From Octopus sinensis (Eukaryota), in assembly GCF_006345805.1 (NCBI RefSeq), contig NW_021824836.1:1-64000 (forward strand): a stretch of DNA of 64,000 bases. Direction: 5' to 3'. The position numbers and the translations under genes were made by a program. This document shows positions 1-12,720 of the stretch, one piece after another; positions within the stretch are counted from its first letter, which is position 1; the number at the start of each line of letters is the position of its first letter. The notes beneath the pieces were generated by a model. The model did no database searches. It saw only the letters and a list, made by a program, of their open reading frames with translations, and was not told where the DNA came from.

Positions 1-115
1 ACGTTGATATTGCAATTATGTAGTAATTAACTGTAGACCCCTTTATCTCCATAATTATTACGATGACATATTCGTGAATCTGTGTTTGTTCATACGCAAA
101 GACACACACACACGC

Positions 116-515
116 ATGTATGTATGTATGTATGTATGTATGTATGTATGTATGTATGTATGTATGTATGTATGTATGTGTGTGTATGTATGTATGTATG
201 TATGTATGTATGTATGAATGTATGCATGTATGTATGTATGTATGTATGTATGTGTGTGTATGTATGTATGTATATGTATGTATGCATACATGTATGTATG
301 TATGTATGTATGTATGTATGTATGTATGTATGTATGTATGTATGTCTGCATGTATGTGTGTGTATGTAGATATGTATGTAAGTATGTATGTATGTATGTA
401 TGTATGTATGTATGTATGTATGTATGTATGTATGTATGTATGTATGTATGTATGTATGTGTGTATGTATGTATGTTTGTATGTATGTATGTAATGTATGT
501 ATGTATGTATGTATG
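116..515. repeat. (TATG)n microsatellite
   Basis: About 400 bp of near-pure TATG with a few interruptions; explains ORFs 58..533. Confidence 0.97.
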
Positions 516-974
516 GGTTTCTATATTTACTAGTTGTTTACGCGAACAAAAATACTAAATATTAAGATAGATAGAGTAGAATATATAATATACTCCGTTA
601 AAGATTATCAATTTTCTGGCGATAAACAAAACCGTTCTCTAAGGAAAAAAGAAAGAAAATGCATAAACAAAATTCATAAACAGTGTGGCATACTGTATTT
701 AAATGTTATATGTAGTGTAATGTGTGAAGATCTCAATCAAAAATTAAAAAAAAAAAAGCAAAACAAGAAAAAATTACATGAAAGATAAATATTTCAAAGA
801 ACGTTTTCCTAACATTCGTATCCATTCAGCACAAAAGAAACATCTACTGCACTGTAAAGTATATATGGAACCTGAAAGACATCGGCAAAATTCGGGTCAA
901 AAGCTCAGTTATAGAAATCGCAACCTTCTAAAATCATGGATTCAAATGCTTTCTCTGTTAGTCTGATAAGTCAT

Positions 975-1291
975 GGCACTCCGTCGGTTACGACGACGAG
1001 GGTCCCTATTGATTCGATCAATGGAACAGCCTGATCGTGAAATCAACGTGCGAGTGGTTGAGTATTGCACAGGCACGCGTACCCTTAAAGTAGTTCTTAG
1101 GGAGATTCAGCGTGACGCAGGATGTGACAAAGGTGGCACTTTGAAGTACAGATACTACTCATTTTTACCAGCTGGGTGAAGTGGAGCAACGTGAAATAAA
1201 TTGACTTGCTCAAGGACACAGTACACCGCCGGGAATCGAACTCACCACCTTACGATAATGAGCCGAAAACCCCTAACTACAAAGCCACATG
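975..1291 (-). mobile_element. tRNA-derived CORE-type SINE (family B, tail 1)
   Basis: Minus strand has A-box/B-box (GTTCGATTCC), then TGTCCTTGAGCAAG...TTTCACGTTGCTCC (MIR/CORE-like), then a tail ending CCCTCGTCGTCGTAACCGACGGAGTGCC that recurs elsewhere in the window. Confidence 0.85.
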
Positions 1292-1404
1292 TTTGAAAAG
1301 TAAAATATACTGATTCACCAGCATAATTTGTTAAACTCAGCGTTAGAATTCGTCACTTCTTGTCCTGATAAGAGGAAATATATTTTAAGATTTATTTCCC
1401 TTGT

Positions 1405-1621
1405 GTGTCACGATATGACAGAAGGCCAGCAATTTCGAGAGTGGGGAGGCTTGTTGATTACATTGACTCCGGTGCTTGACTGGTGTTTATTTTGTCGACC
1501 CAGAAAGAAAGAAAAGCAAAGTCGACTTCGGTGGAATTTGAATTCAGAACGTAAAAAAGCCGGAACAAATACCGCGAAGCATTTTCCCGACGCCCTAACG
1601 ATTCTGCCATCTTGCTACCTT
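1405..1621 (-). mobile_element. SINE family D, old diverged copy
   Basis: Degenerate match to GCAAAGTCGACCTCGGCGGAATTTGAACTCAGAACG seen in many copies. Confidence 0.75.
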
Positions 1622-2194
1622 TATATATTACGCAATTATATATAATGCAGTAATAAATTTATAATTTATGTAGATTGTTACTCTGCAGCTTTTTACATAT
1701 ATTCTTGGAACATATATTCTCGGACAATATTAGGCATATCCTCAAAGCACACCCTCTTTTATAGCTACAGACGGTTTTTCTGTAACCGATTTCATGCTCG
1801 ACAAACATGAAATGAATTCATGTTAGGAGCAATAAGACGATTGCCAAAAGGAACGGACACTAGAAAATAAAATCATACCATGCACATTAAGGTAATTATA
1901 CATTCATATTAAATATATCTTCTCTGGACACGAACGTACTTTTCAAGAAATGGTATTAGTAAAATTAAATATGAATATATTTCATGGTTATTAAGCTCTC
2001 TGCTATCATCTCTCTTACATGAAAAAGACATTTTGGTTAGGTTTGTGAGATGTTCATTCCTATTATTAATATAATGTTCATATCTCTAAGTTGATTTGTA
2101 ATCGATTTTTTTAATGCTAACTTCCATTACACCGTATAACAGATGTTTGTCTTTGTGTAGCAGCTGTTATTTCCTATTTGCTTACTCAGAGAAA

Positions 2195-2576
2195 GGAGGC
2201 GCAATGGCCCAGTGGTTAGGGCAGCGGACTCGCGGTCATAGGATCGCGGTTTCGATTCCCAGACCGGGCGTTGTGAGTGTTTATTGAGCGAAAACACCTA
2301 AAGCTCCACGAGGCTCCGACAGGGGGTGGTGGTGATCCCTGCTGTACTCTTTCACCACAACTTTCTCTCACTCTTACTTCCTGTTTCTGTTGTACCTGTA
2401 TTTCAAAGGGCCGGCCTTGTCACTCTCTGTGTCACGCTGAATATCCCCGAGAACTACGTTAAGGGTACACGTGTCTGTGGAGTGCTCAGCCACTTACCCG
2501 TTAATTTCACGAGCTGGCTGTTCCGTTGATCGGATCAACCGGAACCCTCATCGTCGTAACCGACGGAGTGCTTCCA
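2195..2576 (+). mobile_element. SINE family A (tRNA-Arg-like head), full length
   Basis: GGAGGCGCAATGGCCCAGTGGTTAGG A-box, TTTCGATTCC B-box; 12-bp TSD ACTCAGAGAAAG on both sides; near-identical copies at 6432, 20356, 36263, 62046. Confidence 0.92.
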
Positions 2577-3077
2577 CCACTCAGAGAAAGCATGTAAAAT
2601 GTCTAATGTTTCCTTCAGACTTTGCCTTTGTTATATTTATTCAAACCCCACAAAATCCTTCTGAACACACGAATATGATGCTCTCCAAACTATTCCTGCT
2701 CACAATCAGAAATGCACATATTGTCAGCCACAAAGGGACATGCTCAAGTGGTTAAGATCAAACAACTGACAAGCAAATCTGTGGTATTGAGCAGAATACT
2801 TGCTAAAACGATATTTCTGCTTCAGTAACTCAGCGCTGAATCTGTTCGAAATGTAATGGAAAATTGGTCAGTTTCAAAACAGTGATGTCCAGGTGACAAA
2901 AGCAAAGTTTGAAGGGAATAGTAGTCACTTCCTTTGATTTCTTTATAGAAACAAATAGGAAATAACTCTTTCTGACCAAAGACGAAAAAAAAACCCATTA
3001 AAATCTTGTCACATCTTAGAGCTCATGAAGACACATTCATACACAAATATACACGCATGCTTACTTACAAACATATA

Positions 3078-3445
3078 CTCTTTACTCTTTTACTCTTTTA
3101 CTTGTTTCAGTCATTTCACTGCGGCCATGCTGGAGCACCGCCTTTAGTCGAGCAAATCGATCCCGGGACTTATTCTTTATAAGCCAAGTACTTATTCTAT
3201 CGGTCTCTTTTGCCGAACCGCTAAGTGACGGGGACGTAAACACACCAGCATCGGTTGTCAAGCAATGCTAGGGGGACAAACACAGACACACAAATAGACA
3301 CACACATACATATGTATACATATATATACGACAGGCTTCTTTCAGTTTCCGTCTACCAAATCCACTCACAAGGCATTGGTCGGCCTGGGGCTATAGCAGA
3401 AGACACTTGCCCAAGATGCCACGCAGTGGGACTGAACCCGGAACA
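3078..3445 (-). mobile_element. SINE family C (CORE-type with internal AT/GT microsatellite), 5'-truncated
   Basis: Reverse complement of the family C copies at 18538, 19702, 37348; (GTAAAAGA)n tail. Confidence 0.9.
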
Positions 3446-3450
3446 ATGTG

Positions 3451-3517
<67 letters not shown>

Positions 3518-3586
3518 ATATTGATAAAAATGGTAGGACAACAAATGAAAGAAAGAGACCTCGATATTATGTAAATAGAGGAATTT

Positions 3587-3811
3587 ATCTGTAAATGTAA
3601 TATGTGGCAATTATTCGGTAGCCATGATAAAACTGCGAGTTTCGGATGCCGAGGTGGAAATCCACGCCGCTATCTCTTCAGTTATCCGGCCATCGGAAAG
3701 ATGCTGATGGCTGGAGAACTGAAGAGATGGCGGCGTGGATTTCCACCTCGGCATCCGAAACTCGCAGTTTTATCATGGCTACCGAATAATTGTCACAAAT
3801 TACATTTACAG

Positions 3812-3813
<2 letters not shown>
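3587..3813. mobile_element. Near-perfect 227-bp fold-back element (MITE-like palindrome)
   Basis: Arms of about 108 bp starting ATCTGTAAATGTAA are reverse complements with about 5 mismatches; loop of about 11 nt. Confidence 0.85.
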
Positions 3814-3968
<155 letters not shown>

Positions 3969-4084
3969 CTACATATGTGGAAAATCGGTGTATGTCTGTT
4001 TGTGGCTTTGTTAGCTAACTCCTCCTACATCGTTTTATTGATTTTGATGAACCTTGACAGGTGAGTAGAACTCATGTCTGGAAA

Positions 4085-4600
4085 CCTTGTGACATACTTA
4101 GATTGTTGTGATGGTGTTGGTTGTTGTGGCGGTGTTAATAGTTGTGGTGCTGGCTGCTGTTAGAGTGGTAATGATGATGGTTGAAGCGTATGCGATGATT
4201 GCAGTGCTGGCGGTAGTTGTAGTGGTGATATTGGTGGGTGGTTATAGTACTGACGATGGTTTTGATAACAAGGGTGATTGCGGTGGTGATGGTGATCGGA
4301 GTGGTGTTAGTGGTTGTGGTGGTGATGATAGTTGTGGCGGTGATGGTGGTTGAAGTGGTGATGGTTGTCTTAATGATGGTTGTGGTGGTTGTAGTGGTGA
4401 TGCTTGTTGAGTGAGGTGGTAGTGGTAGTTTATTACGGCGCCAATGGGACGTGTTGGAGTAGTGTTGCGGCGGTAGTAGAAATGATTGGTAGCAAGGATA
4501 GTGGTGATGGTGGTGACGGTTGTGGTAGTATTAAGATTTATCGGGGGCGGTGTATAGACGATTATGTGGTAATGCTTATAGAAACCAGTGCGTGAGAATT
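4085..4600. repeat. Degenerate GTG/GAT low-complexity tract
   Basis: Decayed trinucleotide repeats giving Val/Gly-rich ORFs. Confidence 0.8.
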
Positions 4601-5497
4601 AGTGGTATGAAGTGGTTAGAGGACACTTAGTAGGAAGGATCTGGGTTTACGAGAGCTTAATGTGGGAATTAGACCCATAAAAGTCGTTTAGCAAGATGTT
4701 TAATTCAATTCCGTTAACATACAGTTGTCACCTCTCATTGGCAACGTCTTCAGGTTCTGGCATTAAAAACAAAACCCCGTTCGTGTTTATCTCCCCTGAT
4801 GAAAACCTGGCATACACAAATAGATGGCAGAGATTCATTCTTCTCTGATGAAGCTGTAGAAATAATTATTTCTGATTTAAGCACAATTCCAGCAATTTTG
4901 AAGGGAAGGGTTTAGTTGAAGTTATCGATCTCAATACTTGACTTGTACTTTATTTCATCGCTCCCGAAAGGATGAATTGTAAAGTCAAGTATGGTGTCAT
5001 TGAGAACCCAAAGAGCTAACGAGAGGCCCATGTATATATGACGGTGCCTCGCCCTAAAGAAATGAATGAATAAAAAAGGCCCTTTGAATTTTCAGAGGAC
5101 CCGGCGTCGCACGTGGGGTTTAAAAACAGTCATGTGCTACTTTGCTAAATTTTTCTAAGAAGCACTGCACTCACACCCATATGAAACACGAAACACACAG
5201 CAAGTAACACTACTGAGTATTATATACATTACTTAGAACACATTCAATACAACAGTAAAAATATTATCACGAAACGAAATAAATAGCCCTCGTAATCACG
5301 GTACACAGAGCTGCCTTCTCTTGCGTAATGAATGCACGTGGTAACAATAAAGCTACCTTGAAAGAGCAAAAGGCGAAGTTGAACTCAGCGAGATTTGAAC
5401 TCAAAGCTCAGAAAGTGAGGGCAAATGGCGCGTGGTTTCTCATCCAATGGTGTAACGACTCAGCCAATTTGCTGTTTATTTAGTCTCAGGTAGTAAA

Positions 5498-5816
5498 AGC
5501 GCGTACCTTAGTGGTTAAAATATTCAGCTCTCGATCGTAAGGTCGTGGGTTCGATTCCCGAAGGCACGCTGTACCCTTGAGCAAGACACTTCATTTCACG
5601 TTGCTCCTATCCACTCAACTATCAAAAATGAGTAGTACCTGTATTCCAAAGGGCCAGCCTTGTCATATTCTGTGTCACGCTGAATCTCCCTGAGAACTAT
5701 GTCAAGGGTACGCACGTCTGTAGAGTTCACAGCTACTTGCACGTTAATTTTACGAGCAGGCAGTTTCGTTGATCGGATCAAATGCAACTCTCGTCATCAT
5801 GACCGACGGAGTGCCA
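5498..5816 (+). mobile_element. CORE-type SINE family B
   Basis: B-box GGTTCGATTCCC, CCTTGAGCAAGACACTTCATTTCACGTTGCTCC, tail 1. Confidence 0.85.
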
Positions 5817-6431
5817 CTTTTTGTCCCGGGTCAGTCATGACCGAGCAGAACTGCAAATCAAAGACGTACGAGTCACGATCAACTCGCATTTTTTTTAAAT
5901 TTTCACTTTGGAAAAGTGTATCCCAGACTAGTTAATCCAATGTCTTTTTTTTTTAAGATGGTAGATTAAACGTGGTATGAGGGAAATTTGGACGCTATTT
6001 ATAGCTTCAGACAATCGCACAGAGACTCTCGTTGGCTCACACAGATATATATAGCCATGGGTGTTTGCTTATCAAGAGGCTGGCCTTTTGTGTATGTTTT
6101 TCTGAATGTGTGTGTATGTATGTGTGTATGCGTGCGCGCACGTGATTGAAGTGAGACAAACTCCAAGCACACAGTGTACATGCTTCAGTCTCGCTCGATG
6201 TAATTCCCAAATCTTCCAATTCAGCGAACACAATGTTGTCATTGGTCAATCATTTTCTTATTTTTCATGGTGGTGACCACCTAAGAGTCACTTCAGGCAT
6301 TATTTCTAGTAGTATCATGAGCATGTTGCCTACCTTAGCTCTAAAATGCTAAAATAATTTCCCATAAAAAGAAACTATAGTCTTATTTCTTGTATATATA
6401 ACCATAACAAATCATGTTTGTGTCGCTCTGA

Positions 6432-6814
6432 TGGAAGCATCCGTCGGTTACGACGACGAGGGTTCCGGTTGATCCGAATCAACGGAACAGCCTGCTCGTG
6501 AAATTAACGTGTAAGTGGCTGAGCACTCCACAGACACGTGTACCCTTAACGTAGTTCTCGGGGATATTCAGCGTGACACAGAGAGTGACAAGGCCGGCCC
6601 TTTGAAATATAGGTACAACAGAAACAGGAAGTAAGAGTGAGAGAAAGTTGTGGTGAAAGAGTACAGCAGGGATCACCACCATCCCCTGCCGGAGCCTCGT
6701 GGAGCTTTTAGGTGTTTTCGCTCAATAAACACTCACAACGCCCGGTCTGGGAATCGAAACCGCGATCCTATGACCGCGAGTCCGCTGCCCTAACCACTGG
6801 GCCATTGCGCCTCC
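6432..6814 (-). mobile_element. SINE family A, full length
   Basis: Reverse complement of 2195-2576; TSD TTGTGTCGCTCT. Confidence 0.92.
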
Positions 6815-7217
6815 ACTAGGATTGTGTCGCTCTACACGTACCTAAACATGCAATTCATTATTAAAGTAATTGTTATAAATGCAGCAGAAATTTTTCATAA
6901 ATTCATAGGAGAAAAGATTTATGAATCCACTTTCATACTACAGATATTCAAAGCTTTGTTTACTTATTTACCAACTGTTGCAGTTTGCCAGGAAATAATG
7001 AATCAGCCATCGGCTTCAGATGAATGAATAAGGCAAATTCATATAATCTGATTGGACAATAACAGTGCAGAAAACTCCACTGTATGATGAATCTAACTGG
7101 TTTCTATTATCAAATTTTTATGAATTACTAATCTGCTGCACTCTATCTCCCTAGCCGCGCACTCTCCCTTCCCCTTCCCTATCTCCCGCCGCTCACAAGC
7201 ACACTTTCTCTCTTATA

Positions 7218-7299
7218 TGTATGTTTGTGTGTGTGTGTGTGTTTGTGTGTATTTGCGTGTGTGTGTGTTTGTGTGTTTGTGTGTTTGTGTGTGTGTGTC

Positions 7300-7335
<36 letters not shown>

Positions 7336-7628
7336 TGTGTTGGTGTGTGTGTTTGTGTGTGTGTGTCTGTGTGTGTGGTGTTGTGTGTGTATTTGCGTGT
7401 GTGTGTGTGTGGTGTGTGTGTGTGTTTTGTGTGGTGTGTGTGTGTGTGTGGTGTGTGTGTGGTGTCTGTGTGTGTGTGTGTGTGTGTGTGAGTGTGTGTG
7501 TGTGTTGTGTGTTTGTGTGTGTTTGTGTTGTGTGTGTGTGTGTGTGTGGTGTGTGTGTGTTGTGTGTGGTGTGTTGTGTGTGTGTGTGTTTGTGTTGGTG
7601 TGTGTGTGTGTGTGTTTGTGTGTGTGTT
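7218..7628. repeat. Degenerate (GT)n tract
   Basis: Direct reading. Confidence 0.95.
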
Positions 7629-7865
7629 ATACCCGGATAGCAAGTCAAAAGGAGTGGCCGGCGCTTATAAAATAAGAAATATTGGCAAACTCTGGAAATA
7701 ATCGTGCTGGTGGCATGAGTCATATCTGATGAGTCGGTTGTGAGATGAAGATAACATTGATATACGCTGTCGTCAGGTCGAATCCTAGCGAATCTTGCAT
7801 ATAAAAAATTTGTAAGCAAAATATGGAAAATGAAGTTGCATATTATTCAACATATTGAAAATAGT

Positions 7866-8151
7866 TTCTCTCTCTCGCTCACTCTCTCTCTCTCACTCTC
7901 CATCTCTCTTTCTCTCCCTTTCCTCTTTCTCTTCCTCTCTCTCTCTCACTCATTCCCTCTTTCTCTCCCTCTCTCCCTCTTTCTCTCCCTCTCTATTTTC
8001 TCTTTCTGTTTGTTTTGTTTTTATCTTCCCTCTCTTCCTTCCTCTCCATATTTCTTTAGAAAGTGTGTGTGTGTGTGTGTTGTGTGTGTTTGTGTGTGTG
8101 TGTGTCTGTGTGTGTGTGTGAGTGTGTGTATGTGTGTGTGTGTGTGTGTGT

Positions 8152-8187
<36 letters not shown>

Positions 8188-8192
8188 TGTTT
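7866..8192. repeat. (CT)n followed by (GT)n tracts
   Basis: Direct reading. Confidence 0.93.
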
Positions 8193-8606
8193 GCAAGAAA
8201 CGTAACGGGTTAAAACTAAAGACAGCAAAGTATTTTGTCTGGCACTGCACCGATTCTGTCGATCCACCGCCCTTGATGACATGAAATAATCTCAAACATA
8301 TTGCTCAACGTCACAGGTTTTAATGTTTCCAAATATACACAACTGCAGCATTTTGCTGGCTGATCGACTCCACAATGAAGAAAGTCTAAATCGACTCTGT
8401 CGGCATTGGATCTCAACGTTATGGGAAATCTTACTTACGTAAGGCGCTGCTATGGTATCGAACCTGAAACAATATTGTTTCGAAGGGAATTTCTCAATCT
8501 CTCAGATATGCCTACAACAAGTAATATGAAATGGCATTTTGTCTGTCATCCACCACAACTTCATATAGGGTTATAGACGTTGGTATTCCTTTGGCTAAAC
8601 CATATA

Positions 8607-9247
8607 GGTAGGTATGTATGTATGTATGTATGTATGTATGTATGTATGTATGTATGTATGTATGTATGTATGTATGTATGTAGTATGTATGTATGTATGT
8701 ATGTATGTGTGTATGTATGTTGTATGTATGTATGTATGTATGTATGTATGTATGTATGTATGTAGTATGTATGCATGCATGCATGTATGTATGTTGTATG
8801 TATGTATGTATGTATGTATGTATTATGTATGTATGTATGTATGCATGCATGTATGCATGCATGCATGTATGTATGTATGTATGTATGTATGTATGTATGT
8901 ATGTATGTATGTATGTATGCATGTATGTATGTATGTATGTATGTATGTATGTATGTATGTATGTATGTATGTATACTGTTCTGTTTTAGAAAATTCGACA
9001 AAAAAGTAGTCTATTTGGTGAGAGACAATAAATGTCTTTAAGAGCTACTAATAGTTCTATATGTTGAGAAGTATGTATGTATGTATGTATGTATGTATGT
9101 ATGTATGTATGTATGTATGCATGTATGTATGTATGCATGTATGTATGTATGTATGTATGTATGTATGTATGTATGTATGCATGTATGTATGTATGTATGT
9201 ATGTATGTATGTATGTATGTTTGTGTGTGTATATGTGTGTATGTGTG

Positions 9248-9330
<83 letters not shown>
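8607..9330. repeat. (TATG)n tracts (8607-8974, 9070-9330) ending in (TA)n
   Basis: Direct reading. Confidence 0.95.
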
Positions 9331-9332
<2 letters not shown>

Positions 9333-9427
9333 TCCAAAAAAGAGGAAAAACACAATTAAAAAACAACAACCCCAGGACATGGTACATGCAAAGTATTAGC
9401 AGACGTTCATAGAAGGAAAGAAAAGTA

Positions 9428-9462
9428 GTTTTACGTTTCGTGCAAAGCCCTTCATCAGAAAG
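9428..9462 (-). ncRNA. Penelope-type minimal hammerhead ribozyme motif
   Basis: Minus strand reads CTTT-CTGATGA-A-GGGCTTTGCAC-GAAA-CGTA-AAAC: intact CUGANGA and GAAA cores, short stem II, palindromic ACGT helix III. Confidence 0.6.
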
Positions 9463-9570
9463 AGGAGACGGAGGAAAGTCCAAGAGAAAAGGAAGACGTA
9501 TAAATACGTATAGAAATATTTACCATGATAGATCGCTAGCCACTGCACATTCTTTATTTTCTCTCCTTAT

Positions 9571-9711
9571 TTCTTTCTGTATTCCTTTCTGTAGAAGTGC
9601 GTAGGCTCGAAACGTTAAAGACATTTTCACTTCCCGAGCGTTATACTAAAACATCTGTTTGTTGTCTACACCACCTGTGTTCGTCTTTTTGTTTTTTGTG
9701 AATTCTCCCTG

Positions 9712-9806
<95 letters not shown>

Positions 9807-9955
9807 ATATATTCCTTGTTTCTTTCTGTGTTCCTTTCTCTGAAAGAGCGTAGGCTCGAAACGTTAAAGACATTTTCACTTCCCGAGCGTTATACTAAAA
9901 CATCTGTTTGTTGTCTACACCACCTGTGTTCGTCTTTTTTTTCCTAAATTCTCCC
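9571..9955 (+). repeat. Tandem pair of ~140-bp units separated by (TA)n, each with a degenerate Penelope-type hammerhead motif
   Basis: Units 9571-9711 and 9820-9955 are nearly identical; motif CTG(TAGA/AA)A-GAGC-GTAG-GCTC-GAAACGTT at 9589-9616 and 9840-9866. Confidence 0.65.
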
Positions 9956-9996
9956 TATATATATATATATATATATTTATATACAAACACAAACAA

Positions 9997-9997
<1 letters not shown>

Positions 9998-10093
<96 letters not shown>
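9998..10093. repeat. (GATA)n
   Basis: Direct reading. Confidence 0.95.
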
Positions 10094-10434
10094 TTGATGA
10101 TGCAAACAGGGAAACAGTACACAAAATATGAATAGATGTATGTTTTTTTTTTCGTAATATTTAGAAGCAACAGAGTGACTCAAGAACCAAGATGGTCCCA
10201 AGCGCAAGCAAAAGATTCCCAAAATGTCCAATGCCTTTTCCTGAATACCCGGTATAACAGGACGACGTTCTATAAACATACATACGTGCATGCGCGCGTG
10301 CACACGCACACCCACATATACACGCGCGCACACAAGCATGCACGCACAGACACACACGCGCGAGCACACACATAAATTAGCATATAAATGTACTTTCTTC
10401 GCGATTTTAAGCTCACACTCACAGGTACAGTATT

Positions 10435-10735
10435 GTCGGATGGTTGACAAGTTCTCTTCACAGCCATAAGGTCCCGATTCGATCCATCTTGGGCAAATTT
10501 CATCATGTATAGTTTTTTTAATGAAATTGTATAGAAGACCATCAGATGATTTGCACCTGCAATTCAAAAGGTGCAGTCTTGTCACTCAGTGAGTCATGTT
10601 GATCCTGCCTGGTAATTACGTTGAAGACACTCATCATTGTGGAATGCTCAGCTACTTAAAAGCTAATTAAGCGAGGCAGGTAACACAGTTGATCAAACAG
10701 CTAAATCCTCATCGTCGAATGACGGAAATCCACCA
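10435..10735 (+). mobile_element. Old, highly diverged CORE-type SINE with tail 1
   Basis: TGGTTGACAAG...GATTCGATCC head, CTTGGGCAAA CORE-like segment, degenerate tail 1 from about 10565. Confidence 0.55.
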
Positions 10736-10740
10736 TGAGC

Positions 10741-10741
10741 G

Positions 10742-10805
<64 letters not shown>

Positions 10806-10988
10806 TTGTCTATCTGTCTGTCTGTCTGTCTGTCTATCTGTCTGTCTATCTGTCTGTCTGTCTGTCTGTCTATTGGCTTATCTTTTTAACTATTTATCTG
10901 TCTGCCTCTCTGTCTATCTGTCTGCCTATCTCTCTATCTTTCATAGACAAACAAACGGTCAGGCAGACAGACAGACAGACAAATGAAT

Positions 10989-11079
<91 letters not shown>

Positions 11080-11150
11080 ATAGATAGATGGACAGACAGA
11101 TAGTTCTATCAGTCTATTTATCTGTCTGTCTGTCTGTCTATCAGTCTGTC
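10741..11150. repeat. (TATC/TGTC)n and opposing (GATA/GACA)n tracts
   Basis: Direct reading. Confidence 0.93.
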
Positions 11151-12321
11151 TGCTGTCTTTTAAGTTGACCCTATTATTTTTTTAGTATATGCTTCATTAA
11201 CCAAGGAGGAACGAAATATAATTTCATACCAGAAATATAGAAGCGCATGAACTTGAGACGCGTCAAATTTAAAATGCATCTACACATGTCAGTTTTAATT
11301 CAACGCAAGCTAAAGTTAATGTGTCATTTGGACTAAAGAAACAACAAACATTTACAAATATCAAACAAGTATCATCACCAAAAATAACGTCTGCACCAGA
11401 GAGGATTGATACTAGGGTAGTAAAGGCAGAAACGGCCTTCAGAATTCCCTTTAGAGTCCTCTAAAGATATCCGGAAAGTGCATTGGCATGGTATGTTAGA
11501 TCTCTGAGGTTAAAAAAAAAATAGAACCCTCAGATATGCACAAGTAGGGTTAGGTTGGCGGAGCATCAAATCAATTTATATTATAATAAGAGCAGTGTTC
11601 TTCACCCCATCCGCTCGTGTCTGTCACGCGCTATTTCAATGATCTCATAAAACAAAACCTTATTTTTTTTTGTAGAATTTGAGAAATGTTCTTTTATGAT
11701 GTCATTTCAATCATGATTTTCCAATACAGAAAATAAAAGGAAGGTATTATTATATTTGATATATTTTCATTTGCTCTGTGTTTCGTCTGAAAATTTCGAT
11801 CCATTTCTATTATGACGTAATAATTTGCCGATTTCCCTTATAAATATGCATGCGGTTAATAATTTTCGAGTAATTTTTTTTGGAGAAAAGAAATAAAAAG
11901 AAAATTTTTTTCCATTTATTCATTGAATTCACATATGTAACATAAAGAAAAATCAGTTTTGTTTCATTCTTTGGTCATAATTCTTTTTTCTTAACATGCC
12001 ACCGAAAAAATAGCCATATGCAAGTAAAAGATCAAGGACAGGGAGACTGGAAGTATTAGAAAGGCAATAAAAATAGCGATAGATTTACTAAAGCTCTCAA
12101 TCAGTAAAACAGTTGATTCTACTGCAAACTTATTTTGATCTATTTATAAAATTTGAGGCTACATATTTTTGAGATGAACAAACAATTTTACAAAAATATT
12201 CTTCTCATTAAAATGGACAATTCTGTTGGTCTTAAGGTAATTTATTACTTTCCACTTAAATATTCGCTGATAAACAACAATTGTTGAAATTTAAATAGCA
12301 AAAAAGTGGAAACGTTCAATA

Positions 12322-12720
12322 TCTTTATATATAAAAGAGAGGTTGTATGTCTGTCTCCTACGATTTAGATTCCTAACTACTCCCACATTTTGCGGTGCAG
12401 TTTAACCAAAACCGGGTATCTTATAGTCGTGATTCATATCGAGCCCTTCTGGGTATTAGCGCGCGTCTACGATGAGTCTACGATTTAAAAAAAAAATTTA
12501 CCATAATTTTTTTCCATTTTAATGCATTTTTTCGCTATTATATAAGGGAAGTAACTCTCTAAAAATGTCTACGATGAGTCAACGATTAAAAAAAAAATTT
12601 ACCATCATATTTTTTCCATTTTTAATGCATTTTTTTGCTATTTTTTTGCTATAACTCTCTAAAAATGCTTATATAGTTATTTCCCTTACAAACCCGAGCA
12701 ACGCCGGGCGATACTGCTAG
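12322..12720 (+). mobile_element. Non-autonomous Helitron-type element
   Basis: Starts A|TCTTTATATATAAAA, ends with CCCGAGCAACGCCGGG hairpin and CTAG|T; second copy at 27306-27703; internal ~110-bp duplication. Confidence 0.8.

Noticed and set aside
2195-2270. tRNA-Arg gene
   Set aside because: The tRNA-like head continues into a repeated SINE body with TSDs; no proper acceptor stem or terminator
8216-8445. Cys-rich frames on both strands
   Set aside because: Ambiguous strand, no recognisable family, adjacent to a decayed SINE head
10741-11100. Opposing microsatellites (TATC vs GATA; also CATA vs TATG at 16.3, 21.1 and 58.4 kb) as functional hairpins
   Set aside because: Expected by chance at this microsatellite density
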